DNA from: Octopus sinensis
Taxonomy: Eukaryota
Direction: 5' to 3'
Assembly (NCBI RefSeq): GCF_006345805.1
Contig: NC_043006.1
Location: forward strand, 50,530,001-50,594,000
DNA length: 64,000 nucleotides
How positions within the stretch are numbered: position 1 is the first letter of the stretch; each line of letters begins with the position of its first letter. The notes under the pieces were generated by a model. The model was not told where the DNA came from. It saw only the letters and a program-made list of their open reading frames with translations, and did no database searches. A program made the translations under genes and the position numbers. Positions 51,215 through 64,000 of this stretch are shown here, in pieces.

Positions 51215-51625
51215 TCTGCGGTGAGCTGGCAGAATCGTTAGTATGCCGGATGAAATGCTGCGAAGCAATTTGTCCGTCTTTATATCCTGAGTTCAAATTC
51301 CAGGGTACTAGCCGATAAAATATGTACTAGTTGAGTACAGTGATCGATGTAATTGACTAGCTCCCTGCCCACAATTTCAGCCCTTGTTCCTAAAGTAGAA
51401 AGAATTAGAGCCCAAATTTGTAATCTGGCAGAATCGTTAAGACGCTAGACAAAATGCTTAGCAGCATTTCGTCCGTCTTTACGTTCTGAGTTCAAATTCT
51501 GCCGAGGTTGACTTTGCCTTCCATCCTTTCGAGGTCGATAAAATGCTCTTACCAGTCGAGCACTGGGGCTGATGGAATCGATTAAACAGCTCCCCACTAA
51601 AGTTACTGGACTTGTGCCAAACTGT
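51215..51625 (+). mobile_element. Two family D SINEs, preceded by an inverted head fragment (51130-51185)
   Basis: Core matches. Confidence 0.82.
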
Positions 51626-52099
51626 GAAACCATTAATTAGTCTATGAGAAACAAGATCTATGACAAACAAGGCTGGATAAAGGCCCATAGATGGGCTAAG
51701 CACTTAAAAGATTTTGGCGCTCTCCATATGTATGCAACTCAAAATATAACAATAAAGCATAAAACAATATTTTTTCAGGATGAAGCAAAACTAACAGTAA
51801 GATGGAAAATAATGTTTACTTTTGTATACTTCCACTTTATTAATATTTGAAAAGTTTTCTCCTATTTTTTTTTAATTGCATTGCCTTTGATTAGATCCCC
51901 ACTATAGGACCATGAACACTTCGAAATTAAATGTCCGATCATATAAACCACCTCGAATACTATTTTAGCATTTACCATTTCTTCGATGCCCCATCTTCCC
52001 TTGATGCGTTAAGCACATACTTATTTTGCTTAATGGTTAATCCAGTTAATGATAATAAAAGAGATAGATTTTCTTTATCTTACATTCAGGAGGGAATGA

Positions 52100-52460
52100 A
52101 GCAGTGTCCATAACAATTTACCTGGCCTGAATGCTTCTAAAGGCATTCAAGATGTCAGGTTGTACTGTTAAACAGCCCAAGAGACATAATAGTGACTACT
52201 CTTTCTGTATGTCTTCGACTACCTTTTCCCATATATTCTTCAACTCGGCTGTGGGCTGAGGGATATTTGGACACCAGTTCTATGCTGAGTAATCGTTTAG
52301 ATATTCCATCATATATCAGTTTTTGGAAGCATTCACGACCAAATACTTTCAATTATAGCTCTCTTTTGATCCGGACTAAAATCTGTTCAAATGGCCTAGC
52401 TGTTCTAGCCGGCTCAGCAGCACAGCTTCATCTTCCTATACACGCGAAGCACTCAGATCT
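52100..52460 (-). mobile_element. Possible decayed RLE LINE C-terminal fragment
   Basis: Interrupted frame ...EKVVEDIQKE*SLL...VQPDIL. Confidence 0.3.
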
Positions 52461-52687
52461 TTCTTAAGAATATAAAGTTTTATATGTGTTCACAATATTG
52501 TATTTAAGTACTGCGATTGATGCAAGCATAACTTAATTTCGAAAGCATACTTCGTCCCCATGTTACACTCCTGTTCCTTTTCTACATTGACTTAACTAAT
52601 GCTTTTGATTCACTATTTTGGTATATAAGCAAGGATGCCGAAATTTCATTTTTAATTTGTAAAATAAATATAATAAATGCACACTTT

Positions 52688-52925
52688 TAAAGCCTAGCCG
52701 GGCTCATGGGCCCGGTTTCCCGGTTTCAATGGCGTATGTGTTCGCCAGCTGGACGGGACGCCAGTCCATCGCAGCGTTACTCATTTTTTCCAGCTGAGTG
52801 GACTGGAGCAACGTGAAATGAAGTGTTTTGCTCAAGAACACAACGCGTCGCTCGGTCCAGGAATCGAAACCACAATTTTACGATCATGATGCTGACACCC
52901 TAACCACTAAGCCAGGCGCTTCCAC
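52688..52925 (-). mobile_element. Family A SINE
   Basis: Colinear with 6472-6711. Confidence 0.9.
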
Positions 52926-53041
52926 ATTTTTAATTTGTAGTGTCTCATATTTACAACAGTTCTGATTCTATTTTTTAAAGGCTTGAAATCTTCATCATTC
53001 AGTGTGTGAATCACATAATTAACCCCGGCTTTTAATAATCG

Positions 53042-53416
53042 TTTCTACTGTAGGCACAAGGCCTGAAATTTTGGGGGAGGGGCCAGTACACAACTAGTAC
53101 TTAATTTATCGCTCCCAAAAGGATGAAAGTAAAGTCGACCTCGGCGGAATTTGAATTCAGAACTTAGCGACGGGCGAAATACCTATTTCTTTATTACCCA
53201 CAAAGGGCTAAACATAGAGGGGTCAAACAAGGACAGACATAGGTATTTAATCGTTTACATCGACCCCAGTGCGTAACTGGTACTTATTTAATCGACCCCG
53301 AAAGGATGAAAGGCAAAGTCGACCTCGGCGGAATTTGAACTCACAACGTAACGGCAGACGAAATACCGCTAAGTATTTTGTCCAGCACGCTAACGGTTCT
53401 GCCAGCTCACCGCCTT
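53042..53416 (-). mobile_element. Two head-to-tail family D SINE units
   Basis: Same junction type as in 29681-30448. Confidence 0.85.
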
Positions 53417-54414
53417 TCTTGGGCTTTTAATAATACCTTCGTTTAAGTAGTAGAACTATGTGCAAATATTTTCAGTGACTGTTTAATACATTTCAGTCGA
53501 AAAACTATGGTCAAACTGAGGCTACAATAAACGACACATTCCAAACGTTTCACGTGCTGGGATCGAACACAAAATTACAGTGACAATATTTCTTTGCACA
53601 TATACATAACTTAGTGTTTACTCAGTCAACGGGATTTGCATCTAGAGTGACTCTACCAAATCTTTGGAAATTGTCCAATTCATTTTGTATCTATTCACAA
53701 AAGAGGGTGGGTGAATAATGGCTTCTTCGAATGAATAACAGACTGACTGGGATTTATCGCTCTTTCCTTTCTACGAGAAAACAGGCGATTTAATCTCCGA
53801 CTACATCACTATATTTACAGAGTATTTTCCTTAGAGGTAAGCTGTAAATATTTATCTTCTTTACCATCCCGAAATTATGCTATCAACTCTACCAAGTAAG
53901 TTTACATTTCAGTGATTGTTTAACATTTAAAACTCTACATTCCATGTAATGTTCTTAAACGTGCATGCGAGAACAATTTTCCATTAATGCCTCTATTGGT
54001 TTTCCATTTATACTATTTATTATTACATTACTCTGTACTGCAGTCATTCACTCGAAGCGGGCTTGAATAAACATTGTATCTAGCACAAGTGTCAATTTCA
54101 ACCGTAAGTTCATTGACAATAATATTTAGTTTCCCGTTTTCAACATGCTATCATTATAGGAATTATTTGTCACTGATAAACACACTTTCTGCAGTACACT
54201 AATTAAACATATTATTCTGTGTAACATCAACAATCCAAGCAGAGAGCCTCTATGACAGAGGCGGAGACCCTTTTAGTGCAATGGAAAACTTATAAATGCA
54301 TATGTGTAGGGAAAACTAATGACTCTTATTTTGATTATTCATAGGTACACAACGCATATTAAATAACTGTTTCTTGTTTATGAATTAAACCGATCTTTAT
54401 ATATGTATATACAT

Positions 54415-54782
54415 ATAGCAAAACGCCCCCCGTTAATTGGGCGGTGCTGAGTTGTCAAACATTTAAACCAAATTTTCTCGAAACAACTTGACCGACCGTC
54501 TCATAGGCCTCCCCTTTGAGAAACACTGATTTAACCTAAATTTGAGAAATCATCAAAAAAAGAAATAAAGATCGACTTTTTTTCTATTCCAAAGAAAAAC
54601 GATTTCCCACGGCTTTATCGATCGCATCCTCACCTGAAATCGATTTTTGTCATTTTTTAAAGACTTATACACGCCCTGATACCGTCGATATCTACATATC
54701 AAATTTGAGCGCTATTGGATGGAGGATGCCTGAGATCCTAGAAGCCACACACACACAGACCGAATGGATTTTATATAAGAGA
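54415..54782 (-). mobile_element. Non-autonomous Helitron-like element (homolog of 15642-16010)
   Basis: A|TC..TATATAAAATCC start, CGCCC..GGGCG hairpin, CTAT end. Confidence 0.7.
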
Positions 54783-55772
54783 TTTTAAAGACTTTGTCAC
54801 TAGATGTTCTCAAAAGTTTGCTATATGCATTCGCTCAGTATGCTAGAAATAGCAATCAAATCTTTCTCAAATCTAAAGATGTGGAAGGACAGCTTAAATA
54901 ATATAGTCCATAGGTTCCCCACAAAGACGAAATGAACGCAGCAATTTTATCATAGATGAGGTGGATCAGGGTTATGCTGCGGCTAAGTGATAATATATAT
55001 ATTTTTTTAAATATATTTCTGAGATGAGAAATAATCATTATAATATATACTGATAAATTTGAACAACTGTCATCACTTTGCTTATGGTCACAAAGTTTTC
55101 TTTTGTACCTACTGGTCCTCTTCAAGTGTCTGTCGTATTCGGAGGCGCTCTCGGAACTTTCAATGAATTCACGTAATAAAATAATTTCAAAGTTATTGTC
55201 AGTAACTTGACTCTAGTTTAAGTAACTGTATTTATATTAATTGGAATGCTTTGTGTTTAATAAATCATCTATTATAATTCACATTCAAGTATATATTGTG
55301 CTTTCAGATATACTTCATTGTGATAAGTTGATAGTGAAAGTTTTTTTAAGAAAGAGTTCATAAAAAGAATTAAAATATTTTCAACAGATAATTAAACTCT
55401 ATCAAAAAAGTGAATTATTTTAATGTGTAAACGTCATATGCTTGTCATCCACCTAAACATATGAAATAAAGGAAAACAGTCATAGCATTCAAAATAGAAA
55501 CGTAAAACTGACGAACATCTCAACTGAAAACTGTTATGAGAACATAAGCTTCTGTATTGATTAAGTGACAAGCAGACTGTTATAATTTTAATTATTTTTG
55601 ACTTTGAAAAAAAGTATGCTATTGAATTCATTGAGAACTTAGAACAACATCGAACAAGGCATAATTAACCAAAGCTTTCTTTCGGTGTAACTTATTCTTG
55701 TGAAATAAAAAGTATTTATTCTGCAAACGTTTGATCTAACCTTTCCTCAAAAGACAAATTCATTAATGGCTT

Positions 55773-55826
<54 letters not shown>

Positions 55827-55880
55827 ATCTCTCCTCTATCTCTCTTTCTCTCTCCCCCCTCTCTCCCTCTTTCTTTCTCA
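55773..55880. repeat. (CT)n microsatellite
   Basis: Direct reading. Confidence 0.95.
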
Positions 55881-56711
55881 CCTACTCTTTGTTGACAGCA
55901 CAAAACATTAGTTTCTTATAGTCTAGTATTTTCTTTCTAGTAACTATTGATTCATGTGCTGCGCTCACATGAATATAGTTAATTTTTGACAAAGCAGTCT
56001 TTACTAGTTAGAAACATATACATATTTTAATGTGTACAAGATGACTTCACAATGTGTATATACATGTGTGTGTGAGCGCATGACCAATCTTTTTGATGTT
56101 TTTTCTATGAAAAGAAAGTAGAATATGCAATAGAAATATACATGAAATAACTCTAAGAACCTTGCTTAAAAACGAATAAATTCATAGTATTAATACTTTG
56201 TCGTAAAAGCATTCCAGAACGATAGATTTAATAATTGAGTTTTCAAGAGACCCATCCACAACCTCTCTCCAAATCATGAATATGAGCAGATAAACTAGAA
56301 ACAACTGAGATGAAGAAAAGTCGCAAAAGTTAAGCGGAAACTAATGTAGAAAGAATGAAATTTAAATAATCAATTATAAAAATCCACAGGAATACCCACA
56401 ATCACACTGAGAACATTAATTAAATTTAGCAGCACCAATGAGAATTCTATGGTTATTTTGAGACCTATGATATTGTTAGAAGCTTATAGAGAACCATGAA
56501 ATGCATACTTTCTTTGGAAATGGTAATTTTTTTTGTCTGAAATATTTAATTATAATGGAGTTATGTACTTACTTAATATTGGAAACAACAGCTATGAAAA
56601 TTATATTTTTATTATGTTCGTCATCTCCTATATTTTTTCAGCTTTTATCTGTTATTTTTATTTTTATGCCAATAAATAAACAATTTTAACAACGAGACCA
56701 AATCGAAGATA

Positions 56712-57035
56712 TTACCAATCGATTCTTTAACTCGTTTCAGTCATTTGAGAGTGGCCATGCTGGGGCACTGCCTTGTGGGGTTTAATCGAACAAATTCACC
56801 CCGGTACTTAAACTTTTTAAGCCTGGCACTTATTATATTGGTCTCTTTTTGTCGAACTGCTAAGTTACGCTGGCGTAATGAAAATACACCGGTTGTCAAG
56901 CAGTGTTGGGTGATAGAACAAAAACACGAAGACACACGCACATACATATATGTATGTATACCCGCAGCTATAGTAGAAGATACATGACCAAAGTACAATG
57001 CAGAGGAATTGAACTCGGAACTATGTGGTTGCATG
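56712..57035 (-). mobile_element. Diverged family B SINE
   Basis: 3' body plus partial head. Confidence 0.7.
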
Positions 57036-58890
57036 CTTTACAATTACGTTGGTAAAGCCTTGATAAATTTTGGTACGTTGTAGCACCTCGTTTTCATATC
57101 AGAGATAAAGTGCATATATGTGGACTTGAAACTTCAGTTCAACTAAATCACGAAAAATAACTGATCCATTAAGCATTGAATTCTAAAACAAATAAAATAT
57201 GTCAGTAATACAGGCGCAGGTATGTTCATTTTGCAACATGTGATGTCGCCTCAACTTGACCACTGCCTGATGAGAAGCCTTATGTATGGATGGATGGATG
57301 TTTGTGTACGTGCGTGTGTATGTGAGCGAGCTCGTATGTGTGAACGCATGTCATTCTGTATGTATGCGTGCGTGTTTGTGTGTATGTAAGGATAGTATCT
57401 ATATTCTCCGTCTGCCCAACAATCTATCTACATTCCACTACTAAATATAGCACCTATTTTGAGCAAAATGTCCTGTGACAATGTTGTGATCAGTTCTGTC
57501 TCTTGGTGTGAATATTACTTGAATACAGTTTAAGGTTATCGACAAAAAGAGGTTCATTTTCCCCTCCTCTGCAGACCCTGTTATATAGCCTTTAAATTCC
57601 TTTAACAGTCACCCAGGAATACTATCTCAATTCTGTCGCTATTTCTGTAGGCCATATTGTTCTCTATCTCTTAATAGCATCGACTACAACAGTTCAGATT
57701 TTGGTAAGGCGCGGTGGCTTTAGTATCTAAATAAAGGATTGAATTAAACGCCTTCTTATAGTCAATCTATACAGTAAGCACGCTCCTCTCTTCCTTAATT
57801 ATAGTCTTGTTTATGAGACACAATTAAGCACAACCCTTGATTCCTTTCTTTCCTCCTGCTTGCACGTCAGACACCACATTTGACACTTCGCAGTGATACT
57901 AGGGAATATATTTAAGCACGTATATACAACTTACACATGACATTCAAACATAGTATGGGCCAGTAGTTTTTTTACTACACGCGTTCATTGTTCTTTTGAA
58001 CAGCTGCCCTATGGAACGTGAACATTTTGTCAGTAACCATTCGGTAGCTTTACGAAAATCATCAGGAGTATTTCACTGCTAATATAAATTTGGAGAGAGA
58101 CGTTAGCACCGTTTAAATTACAGATCCCTTCTCAAAATCACTAGCTCATTCTCGAAAGGGGCTTTTACCGCCTTGATGGTAACACATTTCATACAGTTAT
58201 GTACCGCTAGTGATTTAGTGCGAACTTACAACTAAAGGCGCTATGCCTAAAATTCTTTTTACCATGACGAAGTTTTTCACTTCCTGCTTGCAGATCACGT
58301 TTACGAGCAATAATTTCACTCCTTAGTGTATTTTACCGACATGTTTCCGTAGACATTCGATAATTCATCAAATATGCAGCTGGCAGTTCGTAAATTCATT
58401 ATTCACTTGAAAATGTTTAGGGACCATCGAAATTTGTCTGGAGAGAGATCCGTCATTTTAGTGATATGATTTTCCTTACGATCACTGTCTGCACTCCCAT
58501 CTGTTGGGTACTGGTAAATGTCACACAGTATTGTATGTTCAATATCAAAAATATAGGGAGCTTCAATTTGTGCAAGGTGCTCTTAGCAAATTGGTTGATC
58601 AACTTGATAATATCTAGTGTGTAGTTTTTCTATCAATTCAAGTTGTATCTGGTTTTCATGTTATTGCTTAATAATTTCAACTATCAATAACCACGCCTCG
58701 TATAACTCTCAGTGGATAAGGTACCGCCTCTCAATAATGTAAATGGGGAAGTTTTGTTTGAATCTTCAGGTTAGCTGTCTTTTGAGGTATTGATAATCTG
58801 CAGACATTTCTATTTATTAAGTAACGGCCGTTTGTCCGATTGATGATAACTGAAAGTGGTAAAAGAGTAAAAGAAATGTGTGTGCGTGCA

Positions 58891-58924
<34 letters not shown>

Positions 58925-59399
58925 TGTGTATGTGTGTGTGTGTGTTAAAGTTTTGAATTTATCACCCAATTGCCCTACGAATATTATAAATAAGGTGTAC
59001 ACAACAGATTATATCTTCGATTTTGTTCCAATGTTATAGAATTTTATACATAAACAGTAGCAGAATAATAATAATGGAATTAATTAACCTTGTATTTCTA
59101 ATACTTCCAATGCTAGAACTCCTAATATGCTACAATGTATAATCTTATAAGTTTACTGAGACGTTTTACCTTGTAACATAAAGAGAATGTTATTTTTGCT
59201 CTACCTTGGAAAGTTCTGGGATGTTAAATTTGATTTACATTGCCGTAATTCTCAGTTGGGTCAAGTCTGATAGGCAAATGGTTCGTGCCTATATATTTTT
59301 CAAAATTTATATAGGGTATATAAATTTTCACTTCCACAAAAATAGATATCAAAGTATTATTCATTGGGAAGCGAATAAACTCGATTTCACAGAAGCCAC

Positions 59400-59790
59400 C
59401 AGAAGACTGCTTCTCCTCCGTCTTCACGTTCTGGGTTCGAATTCCGCCGAGGTCGAGTTTGCTTTTCATCCTTTTGGGGTCGATACAATTAGTATCAGTT
59501 GAGCACTGGGGTTGATTTAATCGACTTTTCCTCTGCCCCGAAATTGTAGGCCTTGTGCCATAATTTGAAGTCACTATTAAATTTAACATTAATGCGGCGA
59601 GCTGGCTGAGTCTTTAACACGCCGGGCTAAATGCTTACTAGCATTTCGTCCGCCTATATGTTCTGATTTCAGATTTTGTAGACTTTTCCTTTCGAAGTCG
59701 CCAAACTAAGTATTACTTAAGGATTTTAGGTATATCTAATCGTCTTGCCCCTCCACCAAGATTGCTGACCTTGTGTCAAAATTTGAAACC
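59400..59790 (+). mobile_element. Two diverged family D SINEs
   Basis: Core matches. Confidence 0.75.
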
Positions 59791-60199
59791 AATATTAAAA
59801 TTAACAATTAATGTGGTAAATATTCCCAGGCATTTTCACGTGTATTGGGACTTTGCACAAAAATGCAAGCCACAGTTGGACTACGGCTCTAACAAAACAT
59901 ATTTATCATGAGGACTTAACCAATTCCCATGTCAAAGGCCAAATTAGTAACAGACAAATAAGAACCTGAAGTATTGAACAGAATATTTGAACAGGCCAAT
60001 TATAGTTAGTTTGTTGTACCAATCTGTGATAGTCGGATATTGAGCGTCAGAGTCAAAATAGGTGTTAATTTTGAAGTCAATGTATATAAACATACTCGAG
60101 AATACGTCATCCAATGCTATTAATTATTCCTTAAATTAAAGCGGGGAAAAGTTCCGGCGTAATTCATTTAAAAGATGCACATTTACATATGGAATTAGC

Positions 60200-62250
60200 A
60201 AAAGAATCACAAATTACACGTTGTGAATAGACCTTGTGGTTTTTATAATTACAAGCGAACATTTTTCGCAATGTTTCGTGTGTGTGCCTTATTCCACTAT
60301 TTTGTTGATCAAATGTTATCTGGAATAAGACAGTGCGTGTCATATATAAACAGGATGACAGATGAACATTTGATTAACTTGGAATTAATATGTAAATGGT
60401 TACAAGATTATGGATTAAAATGTCAAAGAAAATTGTGATTTAGTTTCCACAAAGGAACTCAATACCTTGATTATAAAATTAGTGTATCTGGAAAACGAAT
60501 ATCCCGAAATATTTATGATGTTCTTAAAACATTACCAATTCCCAAAAATGTGAATGAGATATTAGCATTTGTTTCGAAATTCCTTAAGAACACGGCAAAT
60601 CTTTCAACATCTTGGCATAATTAATGATCAACGAAGTCTTTTTTTTTTTAGTGAGTTAAAACAAGTGATTACAGCTAGAGTTAACATATTACACTGTAGC
60701 CAGTGTTAAAGCATTTTTGTGGCAACGTGATAACAGAGTTGAATCTCCATTACATTGGCTGATGCATCAAAACTATTGAATTACCATCTACGACATTCGC
60801 AACGAGATAAAGAGGGATAAACTGTTATATTCGGTTTTCATTAATTCAATAAATTCCTATATATTGACGATTATCTGAATTAATTATTGATCACAAATCG
60901 TTAATGCAAGTACTTTCGACGGATAAAAATATACAGGTACATCTGTTTCAACAGCTGCTGAGTTATGATATGTTATTGATGCCCTACAAATATTCAATAC
61001 AGTGTAAAGCTTCAATGCAACACAAAAATGATGACACCTTATCAAGACTACCTTTTGGACCCTATCATAATTTTGACAAAGGTCCTAAAAAGCATATACC
61101 ATCTGCATTCAAAATGCATAAAATCATTGATGATAGTTACTCTCAGAAATATCATATCAACCATGGAGTCTGATACTGAAATTATTCAAATTAATTCAGT
61201 GGTAAGGGATTACAGGAAAAACTATATATTGAAGCCGATCACATAAAAGAAAAGCGAAAAAAAAATACCAAAAACAAAAGGGATACAACACCTTATGTCA
61301 CATTTCGAAGAGTAATTATTTCAAGGATATTACAGGATACAGTATTGGCTCAGTTGTATGAAAGTCAATGTAGCATGGTTTGAATGAAACAAATAAGTTA
61401 TAGATACTGCTCGTTTCTGAAAATTGAAGATGTTGTGAAAGCGTTAGTAATACATAATATACCAAATGAAAATAAAGTCAATGGTCTAGAACATTTGGAT
61501 CTCGAATTCGAATACATATCTATGATGCCAGTTCAGTTTAAAATAAAATAAAATCTGGTTGATTTTTATCGATTTGGTTTCAAAATATCTAAATATTGAC
61601 CTGCTGACATCATTAACTAGAAATAAAACACTGAAAATACTCCCTAAAATTCTCGCCTTTGAAGGACACCTTGAAAAAATTTTATCCGACAATGGAATTC
61701 AATTTATACGTTTTAAATAGTCGCAGTTTTGCAGCCAAATGGGCATTCGGCATTTGACACAGCCTTTTTTTTTTATTCTGCTTCAAATGGTGAGGCAGAA
61801 CTTTTTGTTCATTAGTGACAGGAATATCAGTCTTTTTATATTTTCATATCGTTCTGTACATCATCCACCATTGCAGGAGGTGAACACTGCAGAAACGCTC
61901 GACTGTGATAACTACGAAAGACTATTCCATTATTATACCTTAAAGCCATGAACAAATGAATGATATATACACAGACAGTTCCAGTTAGCTATAAATAATT
62001 GACAAACATAATTTGATAGGGATTATCAAGGTCAGGCTGCATGGGTTTACGGGAAACTTACAGAAACACTTGCAAAAAGCAACTAAGTTCTATAGATAAG
62101 CGTCAATACAAAAGACATCAGAATCAGATTTGATACCGATCTGTGCGTCGCCATTGTTGCTTAAATCCACATTTAATTAATTAGAAGATTGAAGCTGCGA
62201 CAAAACGATTCATAACCATCGTTTATTGCTATATGCCGATCGTAAGCTAC
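60200..62250 (+). mobile_element. Heavily decayed Ty3/Gypsy pol (RT, RNase H, integrase)
   Basis: DQMLSGI, TDEHLINL...LQDYGLK, IIDHKSL, YKYSIQCKASMQHKNDDTLSRLP, LAQLYESQ...RMKQ, SDNGIQF, FCSQMGIRH...SASNGEAE; no LTRs recognised. Confidence 0.8.
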
Positions 62251-62562
62251 TATATTGCTACAAACGGTGCAATAACTGCGCAACTGCGATGAACATCTGT
62301 GGGACATGATATTAATGACTTGTTAAAGCTTGTATTTTTTTAAGTATTTATCTACAATTATCTGACAAACTGTTGAAGGGGTTAGTGTTTCGTTTCGTGT
62401 AACGCATTTATTTTTATTAGCTTTTAATAATAATTTCATATGCACTTATACATGTGTGTCACCTATATTTATCAACAAATGCGTGAGACACTAACTTCTA
62501 AAATGTCCTCATTTGAATAAATTTAAGTTAATATACCTGCAGTAGTCATATGTTATATATAT

Positions 62563-62775
62563 ATTGAATGTATGTAACAATTATGAAATCTTTATGTATA
62601 TAGCATGGACTCTATTGAATGTATGTAACAATTATGAAATCTTTATATATATAGCATGGACTCTATTGAATGTATGTAACAATTATGAACTGTTCCATTA
62701 TACTCTTTATGTATATAGCATGGACTCTATTGAATGTATGTAACAATTATGAACTGTTCCATTATACTCTTTATT
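62563..62775. repeat. Minisatellite: two 51-bp units, then 64-bp units (13-bp insertion variant)
   Basis: ATTGAATGTATGTAACAATTATGAA starts at 62563, 62614, 62665 and 62729. Confidence 0.92.
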
Positions 62776-62898
62776 ATAAAAAAATTTCTTTTGATAAGGT
62801 TCGTTATTTCAAGAACCGAAACATGTAAAATTAAAATTTATCTAATATAGTGGCATTTTCAAACTTCTTTTTTACAAATATATATATATATATATATA

Positions 62899-64000
62899 CT
62901 AGCAGGTATACCCGGCATTGCCCGAGTTAAAGAGAATAATGAAATTTAAAAACGCTGTCTAGATTACACGGGTCTCAACTGCTAGTAGCTGAGATACCAA
63001 CTTTCTACATTAATAACTCTCCAACCCATGCCAGTATGGAATATGGACGTTAAGTGAAATGCTAGAAGAAATTTTTCTACTCATATATGTATATAAAGTA
63101 AATACACGTGATTCAAAAACACGCTTTGTGTAGCTTATTTCGTAACCAAAAGACGGGTACAGGTTATAAACAATCAAAGGCCGACTTTGGTGATTCATTT
63201 CACAGAAGTAGTAGAGAAGCAATCCGATGATACATCTGACCTTAGATCTTGAAAGTTTGCATGAATCCTGGCTAAGTTAAATCTGTTGTGACTCCAAATG
63301 ATGTTATCTGTAGTGCAGCGTTGCAATGTCTAATTTTGTTTTGGAAGTGTTTGGAATCTTGGTCAGTTGATATCAACAGTTTCTTTAATGGATCTGGAGA
63401 TTGTGGGGTTGCAGGGAGTTTAAGCTTTCCACCACTTCAGCACAGTGCAGGTGTCTCTTCAGGCCACTTCCTTGCTTTACAATGTATGCACTCAGTTGCC
63501 ATTGCACCAATGGAAACTCTAGTGTCATCTTCAAAGTGCACTGCTGGATCATAATGAAAAGCTGCTTCATAGAAGTTATCTCTCTGAGCTGTTGCAAATG
63601 CTCTTCGTTCTGCAGTGGAGATCCTATTCCTTGTCAGCCATGCATATTTCTGTTCATCACTTTGAGGTGTTCTCGCTTTTGTAGTGCACAGTCTGTTTGT
63701 TTTTTGGTATGCTTCCAATTCTGCAGCTGTCGTTCTTTCCCTGGACAGAAATATTCTTTTGGCTGGAATATAGTAGATAAATTTGATACTTTCATTCTAA
63801 GCATGGTTATATACGTATACAGAACTACACGGGTGCAGAAAATATTAAATAATGGAGTACATATAAAGTAAGTCCTTCTGCAATGACTAGTTCTAACTAA
63901 AGAGTTGCCGGCGATAATATTGTCTAGTACGATAATATTGTACTAGACAATATTATCGCCGTATAATTTGTGTATAATTTGCAAAGAATCGTTTCAATGC
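62899..64000 (-). mobile_element. Internally deleted Helitron: decayed Rep N-terminal region (about 63180-63780) directly upstream of the 3' terminus; 5' end probably beyond the window
   Basis: IGAMATECIHCKARKWPEETPALC*SGGKLKLP...SKHFQNKIRHCNAALQITSFG...GFMQTFKI*GQMYHRIASLL; 3' end CGGGCAATGCCGGG hairpin then CTAG|T at 62902-62898. Confidence 0.88.

Overview
AT-rich, repeat-saturated eukaryotic DNA. The SINE, microsatellite and LINE repertoire looks like an Octopus (coleoid cephalopod) genome; this is inferred from repeat content and not verified by search. I found no confidently identifiable host protein-coding gene, and most ORFs in the supplied track are microsatellite translations or antisense frames. 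The window holds many tRNA-headed SINEs (three main families) and 5'-truncated R4/Dong-type RLE LINE ends sitting in (TAA)n tracts. It also holds Tx1/L1-like RT and 3'-end remnants, three decayed gag-like ORF1 (CCHC) copies, two mariner derivatives, three non-autonomous Helitrons plus one internally deleted Rep-bearing Helitron, a decayed Gypsy pol, and a tandemly duplicated Penelope-like GIY-YIG end. Most notable: (1) a 363-nt-period, highly structured, retrozyme-like element with a type I hammerhead ribozyme carrying a compensatory U3-A8 core pair (16042-16571), plus four other hammerhead motifs in the window; (2) two diverged ORF1-only gag-like elements joined tail-to-tail with no ORF2 (1089-5130); (3) a 764-bp palindrome with apparently identical arms inside a SINE (7590-8353).
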